A stretch of DNA of 64,000 nucleotides from Octopus bimaculoides (lineage: Eukaryota), in the NCBI RefSeq assembly GCF_001194135.2, contig NC_068989.1, positions 58,882,631 to 58,946,630 of the forward strand. Reading direction: 5' to 3'. Shown here in pieces: positions 36,131 through 49,603 of the stretch; the first letter of the stretch is position 1, and every line of letters begins with the position of its first letter. The translations under genes and the position numbers were made by a program. The notes beneath the pieces were generated by a model that worked only from the letters and a program-made list of their open reading frames with translations, had not been told where the DNA came from and made no database searches.

Positions 36131-36966
36131 GGATCTTTTTGGTTTGACGGGCAACACTTGTTTTCTTAACGAAACACTTTCAAACTTGGGATACTGGTAG
36201 AATGTGTCATATAAAACATCTTTTTCTCTTAGCCTTCTTAACAAAAATTACTTCTTAATAAGTTATTTCATGTTAAAGTTGTCGTATTTGTGTAATTTCA
36301 ACCAATCACTGACGTCTATTCAGCTGAATACAGTTACTGCTCTTTTTATAAACAATAATTTTTACCGGTGTTAAGAGTGTTATTCCCTGTTTAATTATAT
36401 CATTATTCCCTAGTAAGGGTTTAGGGTTTTAGGGTTAGGGTTCGGGTTTTAGAGTTAGAGTTAGGGTTTTAGGGTTAGGGCTGGGGTTAGGGTTAGGGTT
36501 AAGGTTATGGCAAAAATAATCATAACCCTAACCGTAATCCTAAAACTAACCCTAACTCTAAAACCCGAACCCTAACCCTAAAACCCTAAAGCGAAAACCA
36601 GTACAAACGCACGAACGATGTCATAAATAACAGTGACAAACGAAATATATACCGCTGATAGTTGTTGTTGACAACGGATAGTTTTTGTTGACAAACAACG
36701 GCACTAATTTTATTCAAGGGAAAAGATCCTCTGACACCGTTGTTTACATTCCACGGCGTAATTATTTTCACCTCAATAGACGTCAGTGATTGGTTGAAAT
36801 TACCGAAATACGAAAATTTTTTACATGAAATAACTTCGAATACAAAATTTTTAATCTCTTCTATAACACAAAATATACAAGTATTCGAAGTTTGAAAGTG
36901 TTTTGGTACCAAAAACACTACATAAAACACAAATGAAAAATGTTGCCCGTCAAACCAAAAAGATCC
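36131..36966. mobile_element. Non-autonomous foldback DNA transposon (Merlin-like) containing inverted TTAGGG arrays
   Basis: Perfect 26-bp TIR GGATCTTTTTGGTTTGACGGGCAACA; 8-bp TSD CTGTTTAG at 36123-36130 and 36967-36974; imperfect inverted homology extends about 200 bp inward. GG termini with an 8-bp TSD fit the Merlin superfamily. Confidence 0.85.
36416..36588. repeat. Interstitial telomere-like arrays: (TTAGGG)n followed by inverted (CCCTAA)n
   Basis: Degenerate TTAGGG at 36416-36510, an 11-nt spacer, then CCCTAA at 36522-36588. Confidence 0.95.
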
Positions 36967-37127
36967 CTGTTTAGCTATTGACTTAGTGAAATGGAGAAAG
37001 ATGCATCTGCACCAAATTAAAATCTATAGAGCGTAGCAGTTTCATAATATTTCTGTAGTAACTGAGGCAAACAGAATGTAGGAGATATACTTCAAGGTTA
37101 TCATTGGATATGGTGAAAGAAAAGAAA

Positions 37128-37204
37128 GGGGATGGTCATGGATGAAACGTCTTTCATTATAGGTCTGCTTGTCCAGGGCTAATCTGGGGCTAAACAACAA
37201 AAAC
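37128..37204 (+). mobile_element. Short retroposon 3'-end fragment ending GGGGCTAAACAACAA
   Basis: Third copy of the family seen at 21271 and 50229. Confidence 0.6.
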
Positions 37205-38013
37205 TACGAATTTCTAGCAACTCCCGTGTGTTAGAATTGTATGTAACAACTGTCCACAGTCTACTGGCACCATACAGCTTACACTATGTTCTGGAGGTTA
37301 CAAGTCCTTTCCTTATACTGTACTGTGTTATACTTCTGCCTACTCCCACAAAAGGACACTTTTACACAGTACATCAGTTTTTTAATAGTCTTTATTCGAT
37401 CTTTTATTGTAACTCCAATGAGGTGCAGTGACTCCAGCTATTATTAATTTTCAAAGACGTAATGATGCAGTAATCCCGCACATATCCCATAATCAACATG
37501 GTATGTGCCATGTCTATCATCTTACTCGAAGAAAGTCGACAGAAGGTGATGAACACGACACATTCTAAGTACAATCCAAAACAAGTGTTAACATGTATCT
37601 TTGTAACATTTCTGAGTATGATTAAGTTCTTTTTACTAATTGCTGGTTTTGAGAAGAAGCTATGTGCTATGACAGAGAGGAGAGGTCATTGAGAAGAAGC
37701 AGCACACCTGTTGACCAAATGGTTAAATACCAATAATTGGGTGGTTCTCTTCTAGATGTGGTCTAGGATTCCTGGGTGTGCAGCAGCAGTATCGTCTTAA
37801 GTCTAAGAACAATACCCAATTAAGCTTTGTAGAGAATTAATAATTGTTGGAAGCTGACATATCTTCTGGCACTAAAGGGAAAGACCAGTCGCTGGGATGT
37901 AATCCTAGCTATGTTAGCCCTTTAGCATTCAGATTACTTTGTCAAATGTAATGCCTATGCAATTGCACTGCTTTGAATTAATCATGTAGTAAATCTTAGC
38001 TTTGAGGACTTTG

Positions 38014-38196
38014 TTCTTTTCTGTTATTCTTTTACTAGTTTCAGTCACCACCTTTAGTCGAACAAATCGCCCCCAAGGCTTATTCTTTGTAATCCTACTA
38101 CTTATTCTATCGTTAAGTTATGGGGACGTAAACACACCAGCATCGGTTGTCAAGTGACGGTGAGGGAGAACACAATCAAACACACACACACATACA

Positions 38197-38254
<58 letters not shown>

Positions 38255-38411
38255 ACGGGCTTCTTTCAGTTCCAGTCTATCAAATCCACTCACAAGGATT
38301 TGGTCAGCCCGAGGCTTTAGTAGAAGACACTTACCTAAGATGCCACACAGTGGGGCTGAACCCGGAATCATGTGTTTGGGAACCAAGCTTCTTACCACAC
38401 AGACACTCCTG
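38014..38411 (-). mobile_element. Full-length SINE family B with internal (TG)n
   Basis: Head at 38411, CA microsatellite at 38180-38250, 3' module 38014-38175. Confidence 0.92.
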
Positions 38412-38462
38412 TTAAGATTATTTTAATAGTAACATTATATGGTAGGTGTGTGAGACCGGATT

Positions 38463-38559
38463 TGGCTGGTTTGAACATAAAACTGCTAGAATATTTGGGC
38501 CAGAAATGGCTGGTTTGAACATAAAACTGCTAGAATATTTGGGCCAGAAATGGCTGGTT
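38463..38559 (+). repeat. 44-bp tandem duplication (2.2 copies) in the MITE subterminal region
   Basis: TGGCTGGTTTGAACATAAAACTGCTAGAATATTTGGGCCAGAAA starts at 38463, 38507 and 38551 (partial). Confidence 0.95.
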
Positions 38560-40167
38560 GAAATGCTAAAGGGTTAAGGTTGTGCTTTCACCAAGAGAAA
38601 ACGTTGGTGATGTCAATTAGGGTGATATTGAAAGCACTAGTTGAATGCTGTTCATCATTCGATGATGGTTTGTAGATATGGTAGCGTTTGTTTTTTCTTG
38701 ATGTTGAAAGAGTCAAGACATACATACCAAGATTGAAGGATACTTTCGAGGTCTCAGTTCAGGAGACCTGTGCGTGTTCAGCATCTTAGCAGCAAATAGC
38801 TGATGTATGATTATAGAATATAAGTGAGGAATGAAAGGTAGTGCTTCGTGTGAATACAAGCGACTGAAATGGCATTCTTCCGAAGGATCCCTGGAGTACA
38901 TAACGCGTTAACAAAGAGTTTTTTTTTTCAGTGGAATACCGTTGTGCAGAATATATCAATGGTTTTTGAACCAATGCTGTAAGTTCAGAGTAATGTAAAC
39001 AACTTATCTTTATCAAGTAGCTTATATACTAAGATTGCTCTATTTAAGCAAAAAGCGATGTCCCCATAAGCAATCTTCGATCAAATCTCTACACAGGATT
39101 GAAACTAGTTCGGCTGTGCCCTCTTCTTCTACCCACGAAGATATTGTATATAAAGACAAGGTGTTTACATTCGTCTGTCCCAATCCACTGTATTTGAAAT
39201 ACAGAAGACTGTATTTGAAATAAAACACTAATTGAATATAGACGAAGGACAACAGTTGTAGCATCATTTAAAAGAGTATCAAAAATAGCAACAGCAATGA
39301 CATCAGCATCTTAAAAGCACATTAGCATTAAAAAGCATGATATGGCAGAAACAAAACTGAAAAAGTGTGTGGGTAGTTAAGAAAAAAAAGAAAAAGAAGT
39401 ATCTGACCGACCATAGAAAATATGACTCAAGAAAGTTATGGCTGCGAAGCACAGAAATTGTGAATCTAACAGAATTAGAAAAAAGGAGTAGACGATGTGG
39501 TGAGATCTCGTAACGAGAAAACGAAATTGTGTGTCACTGAAAAGTGAATTATGAATATATGTTATAAAAATACGGTAGCTGACAACGTGCTTTTTAAAAG
39601 TGTATGTGGGGGTGGTTCTTGAAGATGTATTTCCGAAGCAAAACCAGTGCATATATTTAATTATGTATATATCCACCTGCTACACGTCGTCAAAACAAGC
39701 TTTTCTTTGGTGTCATAATTTTCTTGCCGTCGCTTAGCTCCCATACATGCTTATAAATACATACAACATACACATCTCAACACATTCGAAGAGACGCGCA
39801 CAGTAGATAAACACACACACATATATGTATAAACATATGCACGCATATGCACAAAACTACTTCTAAACTGTCGAGATCAAACATGTTTCACTCCCACATA
39901 GGCACGAAACTTTTTTCGTGATACAATTCATAGAATTATGAAAATAGAAGCATACAGCAGGCAATTAAAATATATCTGCACTACCATATATAATAAGATA
40001 CACATATACACACACGTATAGCGATGTATGCAATCATATGTAAATTTATATTTATATATGGATCTATTTCTTTGTGAACTCGCTTTCAGTAGCCACTTCT
40101 ATTTATTTTACTTTCAATGCCTTATTTGCAGCCTAAAATTTATCTCAATGTTTTATATATATTTCGC

Positions 40168-40168
40168 T

Positions 40169-40237
<69 letters not shown>

Positions 40238-40251
40238 TTTCCCGTCCGTTC

Positions 40252-40283
<32 letters not shown>

Positions 40284-40298
40284 TTCTGTCTGTCTTTC
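40168..40298. repeat. (TCTA)n to (TCTG)n tetranucleotide array
   Basis: direct reading. Confidence 0.97.
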
Positions 40299-42399
40299 TC
40301 GCACTTTCCCTCTCACCTCATCTGTCTCTAAATTTTTGTTGGTCAGAAACTGTTAATTTGACCATCCATTCAACTGAAATTTTATGTCCCATTTAAAAAA
40401 AAAAATTGTTTGTCTTTATTTTATCTGTATCACAATATCGCACATCTGTTTCATCAATAGATAATATTTGGAATAATATTTTACGGTAAGCAAAATAAGA
40501 AAACTTACAATTACTTTTTAACAAAGTCTAAATATGTAACCAGCATTTTGAAAAATCATCACTTCCCCGATTCTTTCATTTTATGAATGAAAATCTTGGA
40601 ACGAGAGTAGGTTTTGATGTTAATGCATTGCTTCTTTCACAATGTAGAGCTTAATGTAATTTTCTTCTTCTGCTGCTGCATGAGAATAGCCTTGTTTGAC
40701 ACAACAATTGTCTCCACCCTACCTTCAGAACCAATGCTCTGTTAACCTTTTCCCTACTTCAGCGCTATCAGAATGCTTTACCATACCCGACCTTTTAGTT
40801 GCTGTTGTTGTTTCTAATATCTATTTCAAGATGTCATTATCGTAGCTTCGTCTCATAAATCGCAAGAAGCGAACCGAAATTGATGCAACTCAAGGAGGAA
40901 CAAATGGAAGGAAAAAAAAACTAAACAAAATAACATGAGATATCAGGTTCAAAGACTATCATGGAGCGTTGCCAATGTTAGATCCTGGCATATCGTTTTC
41001 AGCTAAAAAATAAAAAAAGTAGGTGAGAAGCTTGCTTTTTTTCTTTTCCTTCATCAAGAAAGTTCATAAAATTACTGATATGAAAATATGTAAATATATA
41101 CATGTATATATTTACAAATATAAATAACTCATCTACTCATTCTCTCTCTCTTTCTTTCTCCCTCTCTCTCTTTCTGTCTCTCTCTCACACACACATACCT
41201 ACACATAAGCAAACACATACGTTCATATATATGCAGTCACATCAGAGAAGAAAAAAAAAAGACACTTTAGAATCGTTGATAATTTAAAAGACGAAAATAC
41301 GTATAATCACTCTTCAATAGCTTGGCACGATTGTTCATCATTGAAACCACACCTCTGAAGTAAAGAGACTTACATATAAATTGGAGATACTTCTGATGTG
41401 CGAGCTTCAATATAGAAGAAACAGCATAAATTCCATTTACATCTTCCATCTATTGACTGTACTACCTTAACTATTGGCAAAGTACTTTTAAAGTTCGTAG
41501 ATTACTTACAATCGCTGATATAATAATATATTTTTCCAGTCGATGTAAAAAAAAAGAAAAAAAAAAGGAAGAAAATAAAACGCTTTTTAAAACATCTCAA
41601 TATTGTTGAGAACTAGCCAGCATGTCGCACATTTTAACATCTATCTAGAATATTATTCATCCACTCCTTTTCCTCGTGATGAATATCATTCCCATTATTA
41701 ATCAACATCACATATTTTCAGTGAACCTTTTTGAAGAGGAAGAGCAGTGCGCATGGCATGTATATGATCTCCATATTTGGTAAGGTCAATGTAGTTATTG
41801 TTCCGTTGGAGCTTTTCAAGGTCGCTGTCCGAAATAAATTAATCTATAATAAAATCTTAGGCTAGCTAGCAACCTAGGATATAAATTGCTAAGTGTTACA
41901 GCTCCGGATAGAAGAGCAAATTTGCGAAATTTGGAAGGTGAAACAGTCAATATGAAATGAGGAGAGGCAGATAATTCGACAAGGCCTGGTTGGAAAGTGC
42001 ATGCAATAGCTTGTGTAGAAGAGCACTTCAAAAGAAACTGTAATAGATTATTGGATATCAATACAGTCTAGGACGTACGTGTGAGTCGCAACTGCATCAG
42101 ACACATTTATTGAACACTGTGGCAAAAAAAAAATTGCTTTTTGCCTCTATATGGTTGCGGCTTTGATTGATTCTTCTGTGCAGCATCCCTTCGTTTGTGT
42201 GTGTGTGGGGGGGTGTAGCACCAGGTGTTACATCGATAACAATAAACACTTGTGTGACATAATGTAACCTAGAGATCCGACAAATAGAGTTCAATAAAAT
42301 GAATACCAGACTGAAATAAGTACCAGATTCATTGTGATCGGATAAAACCCCAGGAAACGTTGCTTCAGCATGGCCATACTCCGCTCACTGAAACTAGTA

Positions 42400-42738
42400 G
42401 GGCTAACTAAAATTTCGTGAATGAATTTGGTGGTCAGAAACTGAAAGGAGTTCATCGTTTATATGTATATGTACGCACGCGTGCGTGTCTGTGCTTGTGT
42501 GTGAGTGTACGTATGCGTGTGCGTTTGTTTTTTGCCCCTACCACCGTTGGATAACCGGTGTTGGTTTGTTTACATCTCCGTAACCCAGCTGTTCGGTATA
42601 AGAGACCGGTAGAATAAGTACCAAGCTTAAAAAAATAAATACTGGAGTCGATTTGTTCGACTAAACCATTCAAGGCGGTACCCTAGTATGGCCGCAATTC
42701 AATGACTGAAGCAAGTAAAAGATAAACGATAAAAGATA
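42400..42738 (+). mobile_element. SINE family B, 5'-truncated, preceded by another B 3' fragment (about 42310-42395)
   Basis: GAATTTGGT..AGAAACTGAAAG, microsatellite, then CCACCGTTGGATAACCGGTGTTGG...AGTCGATTTGTTCGAC...GCAAGTAAAAGATAA tail. Confidence 0.85.
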
Positions 42739-44374
42739 AAAACCTCGTATTCAGAACAGTTTTGAAGCTGCTGTATATGTGAGACTCTTGTCAGATCATT
42801 AGAGATCATGAAGAATAGCATTTTTGGTGACTTTCAAAGTTTTATACATGTGTAACGCAGAAGAGAATGGCTTACAGAAGTCTTTCCTATGTAGATTGAT
42901 AACTGTTGAAGGACGCTGTTAGTCGTGTCAACAGTGAAAGATTATTTCGACGTCACTCTTTACGACAGCAGTTGAAGATGGTATAAGGTGTCTTGGTGGT
43001 GTGTAGATGATGGTTAAGGTTGAGCGAAGGGTGTTATTAAATGCGTAAGAGTGTGTGTGTGTTTGTGTATGCGTGTAAGTGCGTGTGTGTCTGAATGTGA
43101 GCGGTTTGAAGGGAGAAAATAATTAATGTGCAGATTGAAGAGAGTAGAAGATGTCACCGACTGTAAGGGTACCGCCAACCCATGCTGTGTTGGGAAAGGT
43201 TTGACAGGAAACGTCCGATTTAAGAAATGAAAATGGATTTAATTTGGTGAGATTTCACGCAGGAAATATTCGCAAATTTACTTGGGAAAAGTTGGTTTGG
43301 CGAATTTGGTATTCACTGGGTTAATTTTGGTGGTTGGGTGGGGTCATCAATAATAATATCAAGTTATACAATAACAAAAACGGGGACGGGATGGAAATGA
43401 ATGGATTTCAACAATTTGAAAAAGTGAAAAAAAAAAAAAGAATATGCGTAAAAAGACGAAGATATATTTTCGTTATTTCCTTCACTTCTTCCCTTTCCTC
43501 TACTTTCTCCTCTTTTCTGTTCTGCCTCCTCTCTCTACGTTAGTTTAGCTGCCACTCTATGGATGATAGTTGTACAAACATTAAACTGAAACTACACAGC
43601 GGCCAATTCCGGCAGCTAACAGGTGGCTGGCTGGCAGCCTGCTCAGGAATTGGGACAAACATTACAGCACCTCTTCCTGCTAATCCTAATTCCTACCCAT
43701 TTATATTTTACTCTTATCAACTTCTCTATTTCGCTCTGTTTGCAACTTAGGAGTCCCTCATCTTTTTTATAGCTCATTTCTGCCCAAGCCTTTCTCTTTT
43801 ATCGTTATCTATATGACATAGCCTTGCCTACTCTCTCTCTCCTCTTTCCCCACATCTCTGATTACATCTTCTTTAAATTCATTATATTTTTATTTAGCAC
43901 TTAATCTTTTGCTTTTCCTGAAGAAATATCTAAAGGAAGTTTTTTAGAATATTAAAGAACTCAACTAAAGCTGTCACTTTTACTTTAAAACCTACATTTC
44001 TCCCAAACATTTTTTTTATGTGTATTTAAGTCTACACTAGTTTGGTTATATAGTTTCTCATTTAGCAGCTTCCAGTGCCCCACCCTCAAGTCGCTTAACT
44101 GTTTTACTACTATACCCTACACTCTTTCATCCACTTTCGTTGAAACGGTTCACCACTGTTACTCCTTCTGTGTTTTCTTTCTACCTCTCTTCTCCTTCCT
44201 CAACTCCATCCACTACTCAAACTCTCCGTCTACTACTATCACTCTCTCAACCTGTCACCAATCACAGTAATACGAACAACTTGAAGATAAGACCACGTAA
44301 CAGGCGTCTCAGATAACGGAGAGAAGTACTATCGACGTTGAACAGATTAAGTTATAACGCTTATGACCAAACAC

Positions 44375-44557
44375 CGTGTGTGTGTGTTTGTATGCATGTG
44401 CATCTATGTATACGTATATATGTGTAAATATGAATATATATCTATATATATGTATACATACATAGATAGATACATACATACATACACACACACACGTACA
44501 TATATATCTATATCTATATCTAATCTATCTATCTATCTATCTATCATCTCTCCCCGC

Positions 44558-44595
<38 letters not shown>

Positions 44596-44681
44596 ATATA
44601 TNNNNNNNNNNATATATGGGAGAATGTACGAAAAAAACAACAACAGACGAGGACAGGTGGTGTAAACAACAAAAGGATGTA

Positions 44682-44716
<35 letters not shown>

Positions 44717-44942
44717 GATACGGTTTCGTATCCATTTGTAAATGCGCTCTCACAACAATTATATTACTTATACAAGTGTATACAGATAATATTGAGTATA
44801 ATCCCTTTCCGCTTCTGATTGTTTGTATGTGTGTATGTATGTATGTATGTATGTATGTATGTATGTATGTATGTATGTATGTATGTGTGTGTGTATGTAT
44901 GTATGTATGTATGTATGTGGGTATGTGCAAGTATGTATGTGC

Positions 44943-44980
<38 letters not shown>

Positions 44981-44990
44981 NNNNNNNNNN

Positions 44991-45030
<40 letters not shown>

Positions 45031-45135
45031 CATACACACTATATATATATATACACACTTCAGTGTGCGCGTGTGTGTGGGTGTGCATGTATGTGTGGGT
45101 GAGTATGTGTGTGTATAACTAGGTGCGTATATATG
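44375..45135. repeat. Large compound microsatellite block (TA, TATG, TC, TG)
   Basis: direct reading. Confidence 0.95.
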
Positions 45136-46173
45136 TGCATATGTGAAGATAAATTAACGGGCATGAAGAGACCAATTTAAGAGGGGGGAGCAGGGGGAGG
45201 AAGAGAAGCAAGAAAGGCTCAAATAAAAAGAAAGATAGAAAGGGGAGATAGCTTTGAGAACGTATATGTAAATATTTATAGATAAATGTTGAGGCTGTAT
45301 ATATACTTTACTCCCATTCTCTGTTTCCATTCACTATGCAATTGACACTCTCATACTGTAAATCACTCTTGTTCCATAAACGCACCACAGCAACACTCAC
45401 ACACATATACATACATACACATTGTAAATACTGTTATACTTTCACACAGAGACATACTCTTGACACAATTACGTTTCTGCACACAACATACGGACACACT
45501 CATTCTACACAGTTACATATACACACATACATAGACTCACTCATTATAGACATAATTACACAACGCACACAGGCACACTTACGCAAACATTGACGCACAC
45601 ACACACAGACACTCACATACTCATTTATTTCAAATAGGAAATACATATATCTTGAAGAATTGCTCTAATACTCGGTATGGGGTAGGGAAGTTGAATAATA
45701 GGCAGTCAGTTACATTTATATAGCACAGCATTAATGGCTTTGGTCCCTCTTTTCCTCGCGGAACTTCAACATAAAACGCCAAACTCTTATCAAAGCTAAA
45801 CAAGATCCGTGACATTTTGCCATACAGTTGTACAATGTCAAAGGGATATGTCATAAATTTTAATTTCTCCATTTCCTCTCATGGTTTTGTGATGGAGAAT
45901 TATTAATTAATTTAACTATAATTATATTAAAACCTAACAATAATTTTAATTAATAAATATGTATTTATAATACTATACAATCAAAAATGTTTAAAGGATA
46001 GTTAAACTAATTGCTAACGATTATTAGAAAATAAAATTCGAAATATTTCAGTATTATATTGTTCGTAAATGTTTAAGAACGTTTTTCATAATACCAAACA
46101 AGCATCAGACAAATACGAAGAACAGTTCCTATTAAAGAACAAAAGTTTCATTTTATTAAGTCGAATTCTTTAC

Positions 46174-46381
46174 GGGGTTATCTGACAAAATTGTTAACGC
46201 GTCCGTGGAAATTGCTTAGTGACATTTTTTCCGACTCTTTAATATTCTGAGTTCAAATACCACTAAGGTCAACTTTGCTATTCGAGGTCGATAAAATAAA
46301 GTACCAATTGAGTAGTGGGGTCGATGTAATCGACCAAATCTTCACGCTAGAATTGCTAGCCTTGTACCAAAATCAGAAATC
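46174..46381 (+). mobile_element. SINE family A (diverged)
   Basis: Homology to family A; CTTGTACCAAAATCAGAAA tail. Confidence 0.85.
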
Positions 46382-46964
46382 ATTATGTATTTTTTTTTGC
46401 CGAAGCAGCATTTTAGCACGATCTATTATATTTTTGGTATTGCATTAAATTAAATTATAGATTTAATAATCAGTTAAGCAATTTATAGAATATAGTACTG
46501 TAAATAATATTTAAGTTAATAAATGTCTTTTAATTAAAGAAATACTACTGATTTGATGGTAAGATGGAGGAAATATCAGCAAATTCATTAAAAGATTATT
46601 TTACCATGTTGCTGTTGCTTTACAGTATTTTTCTCATATAAAAAAAAAAACAAAGGTTCCATGGCGCTCATGATTGACAGGCTTTTATGTTGAACAAGTC
46701 GAGAGACTTGGCAGGGTCCTGTTATTGACTATCACTCTTCTTTTTATATTGATGTGATAACCGCAACAATTATAACTCTTGTACTCCAGCTGAATGTATT
46801 TAGGAGGTAACATGAATATGAACCTATAATATATTTTACCAGTCAAAGTCTGCTGTGAGATGTTACAGTATTCCAAGTCTCTCTTGATGAAGATTCCAAA
46901 ATGCATCTTAGGGAGCATCACATATCTTAAATATTTTCCAAGAATTTAATGTAACTGTGGCTTT

Positions 46965-47175
46965 GTTTTCAAATTTTGGCACAAGGCCAACAATTTCAGG
47001 GTGGAGCTAAGTCGATTACATTGACCGCTGTGTACAGCTGGTACTTAATTTATAGACCCCGAAAATATGAAAAGCAAAGTCAACTTCAGCAGAATTTAAA
47101 CTCAGAACGTAAAGACAGACGAAATGCTGCTAAACATTTTGTCCGGCGTGTTAACGATTCTGTCAGCTCACTACC
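46965..47175 (-). mobile_element. SINE family A, downstream copy of a head-to-tail pair
   Basis: Full-length homology. Confidence 0.9.
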
Positions 47176-47197
47176 TTAGTTTTCGAATATATATTGC

Positions 47198-47406
47198 TTT
47201 GAAATTTTGGCAAAAGCCAGCAAATTAGGGGGAGGGAGTAAATTGATTACATCGACCCTAGTGATTAACTGGTGCTTATTTTATCGGCCCCTAAGGGATA
47301 AGAGGCAGAGTTGACCTCGGCGGAATTTGAACTGAGAACGTAAAAATGGGAGAAATGTCGCTAAGCATTTTGCCCGGAATACTAATGACTATGCCTGCTC
47401 GCTGCC
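47198..47406 (-). mobile_element. SINE family A, inserted at the head of the previous copy
   Basis: Flanked by 21-bp direct repeats (19/21 identical) at 47176-47196 and 47407-47427. Confidence 0.9.
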
Positions 47407-47990
47407 TTAGTTTACGTATATATATTGACTCCAAATTTTTTGTGAATTTGATGTACACAGTCCCGGTGATTAAGTTGCCGGAATTCAGTTAATACACCTA
47501 TACTGTGATGGAAACGTTACCTAATGATTCTAAAAAAAAACAAAAAACACTTAATCAGTAGTCCGTAAAGCAGAGTACAAACATAGGTGCAATTTTCCGC
47601 ATTATCAATGAAACTTAATCATGATAGATTTTATACTTAGGCCAAAACTTTCCAAATAATTAACAATTACACCTACTGTAGGAAGAAAAAAACCATTATA
47701 TAAGTGATCTAATGTTGTCAAGAAAAGCAAGAGAGACAAATCCGAAACTTAAATTGCTTAAAATTGACTAGATATAAGATTGTGGTCATGCAAGGAGGAG
47801 TGGATCAGAAATATTCAGAACGAAGTTCACTCCCAAGTATGGTGGCCTTATCCACCATTTTAATTCTATTTGTATCCGTTTTCACTACATAGGAATAAAA
47901 TTGGTCATTATTTACTTTTTCAGTTGCTTTGTTTACAGTTGTGATTTTGCAACCATAAAAAGAAAATGACCTCCTAACTTTAATTATATT

Positions 47991-48195
47991 CTTTTTTACT
48001 ATAGCCACAAGGCCTGAAATTTGCGGGAGGGCGTTAGTCGATTTCATCGACACCAGTGCGTACTTATTTCATTGACCCTGAAAGGATCAAAGGCAAAGTC
48101 GACCTCGGTGGAATTTGAACTCAGAACGTAAGGACAGACGAAGTACCGCTAATCATTTCCTCCGGCGTGCTAACGTTTCTGCCAGTTCGCCACCT
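47991..48195 (-). mobile_element. SINE family A (CTATAGTAAAAAAG tail variant)
   Basis: Perfect 15-bp TSD AACTTTAATTATATT at 47976-47990 and 48198-48212. Confidence 0.95.
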
Positions 48196-48640
48196 TAAAC
48201 TTTAATTATATTATCTCTAGACTTGTGCTGTGTTTTTCTTTTTCCTGAAATTAGTTTTGCTGTTTGGTCAGCTTCCCAATCAATCCATTGTTTCAACTCA
48301 TTTGCTCACAGCTGACTTTACCATTTTTTTTTTCGCAAGGGTTTTCCACGTTCTTAAGTAGTGTATGGCAGGCGCTATCGCATGTTTAGTTACAGAAGAC
48401 TGCGATGCGGCTTCTGATGCCACTTTGGTTGACTTTAAGGAAAATGTCAGAATCGTAACAATCTAGTCTGCAGAACTTTGTAATAAGTAAAGAAAAAAAA
48501 AGCGTGAAATCTAAGCATCTTTTCCTTTGTAATTCCTTAATTTCAAATTCAAATTTCTAATCCCGCCGCAGAGAAAGTGATTATCCCCCTTCTAATAGTG
48601 GCTATCACGAGGGAACCACATGTGTGTGTGTGTATGTGTG

Positions 48641-48680
<40 letters not shown>

Positions 48681-49546
48681 CGTTGGATTGAGAACTGTTT
48701 AGTTTTAGAAAGCTTAAAAGCTAACGTGACAAACAATAAAGTATATTAAGTTTTGATAAACAACAATTAATTATACAGGAATATAATTACATTGAGAAAC
48801 GCAATGTATATTCATGTGTCCAGATGGTCGTGCTGAGTAGCCTCACGCTATGTCTTGAGTAAGGCAAAGTATACGTTACAAAATGATAGGCGTCGTTTTT
48901 TTTTTTTTATCAAAAACAAAAACAAAAAAATCAGTTCAAGATAAACAAACTAGTAAAGTGAGAGACCAGCAGGATGGCAGGTTTGTGATACGAGTTAATG
49001 GTGAGGGGAAACTACAAGAGAAAACTTATTCGGTTAGCAACCACTATTGCTAATTCTGGCAAACACATGTTTCTCTCTGTAGTAATTCTGATCAAATCCA
49101 GCCGTTGTCTAGCCACAATTCTAAAGCAACATGTGTCTCAGGCTACGGTGACAAATTCAGGTCTTGCTTCTCCTACTTCTATAATCTTCCTCTCATTTAC
49201 TAGACACGTGCCAGCAGCCATGCGCAAAGCAAATGACCATTCACGCGTAATTGCAACTTGTCAGTTATAATAGAACAATTCTTTAAAGATGTCACTATTG
49301 GCCATAAATTCCCTTTCCATCCAAATTCAAAATTTGTCGAAGATAATTCTGTGAAGTCAACATATGGGAAAGATCAAATACACCGCTTAGAATATTCCTT
49401 ACGTTCTACAGCCTTGTTCCTGACACGTGTATTAAGAAATAACTAACTTTGAACTTCTATTGTAATCTGGTAACGATATTATGTTCTTAATTCTTGCTAT
49501 TTAACACCACCTTAATGTTACGATGACATTTAGTTTGGTGGAGGGT

Positions 49547-49556
49547 GCTGCTGCTG

Positions 49557-49603
<47 letters not shown>

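Larger units (their letters stand above)
37918..38573. mobile_element. piggyBac-type MITE, interrupted by a family B SINE
   Basis: 12-bp TIR CCCTTTAGCATT / AATGCTAAAGGG; flanks TTAG (37914-7) and TTAA (38574-7). Confidence 0.8.

Noticed and set aside
36416-36588. Ancestral telomere-telomere chromosome fusion site
   Set aside because: The two arrays are mirror copies with the same variants and lie inside TIRs and a TSD, which indicates a transposon foldback.
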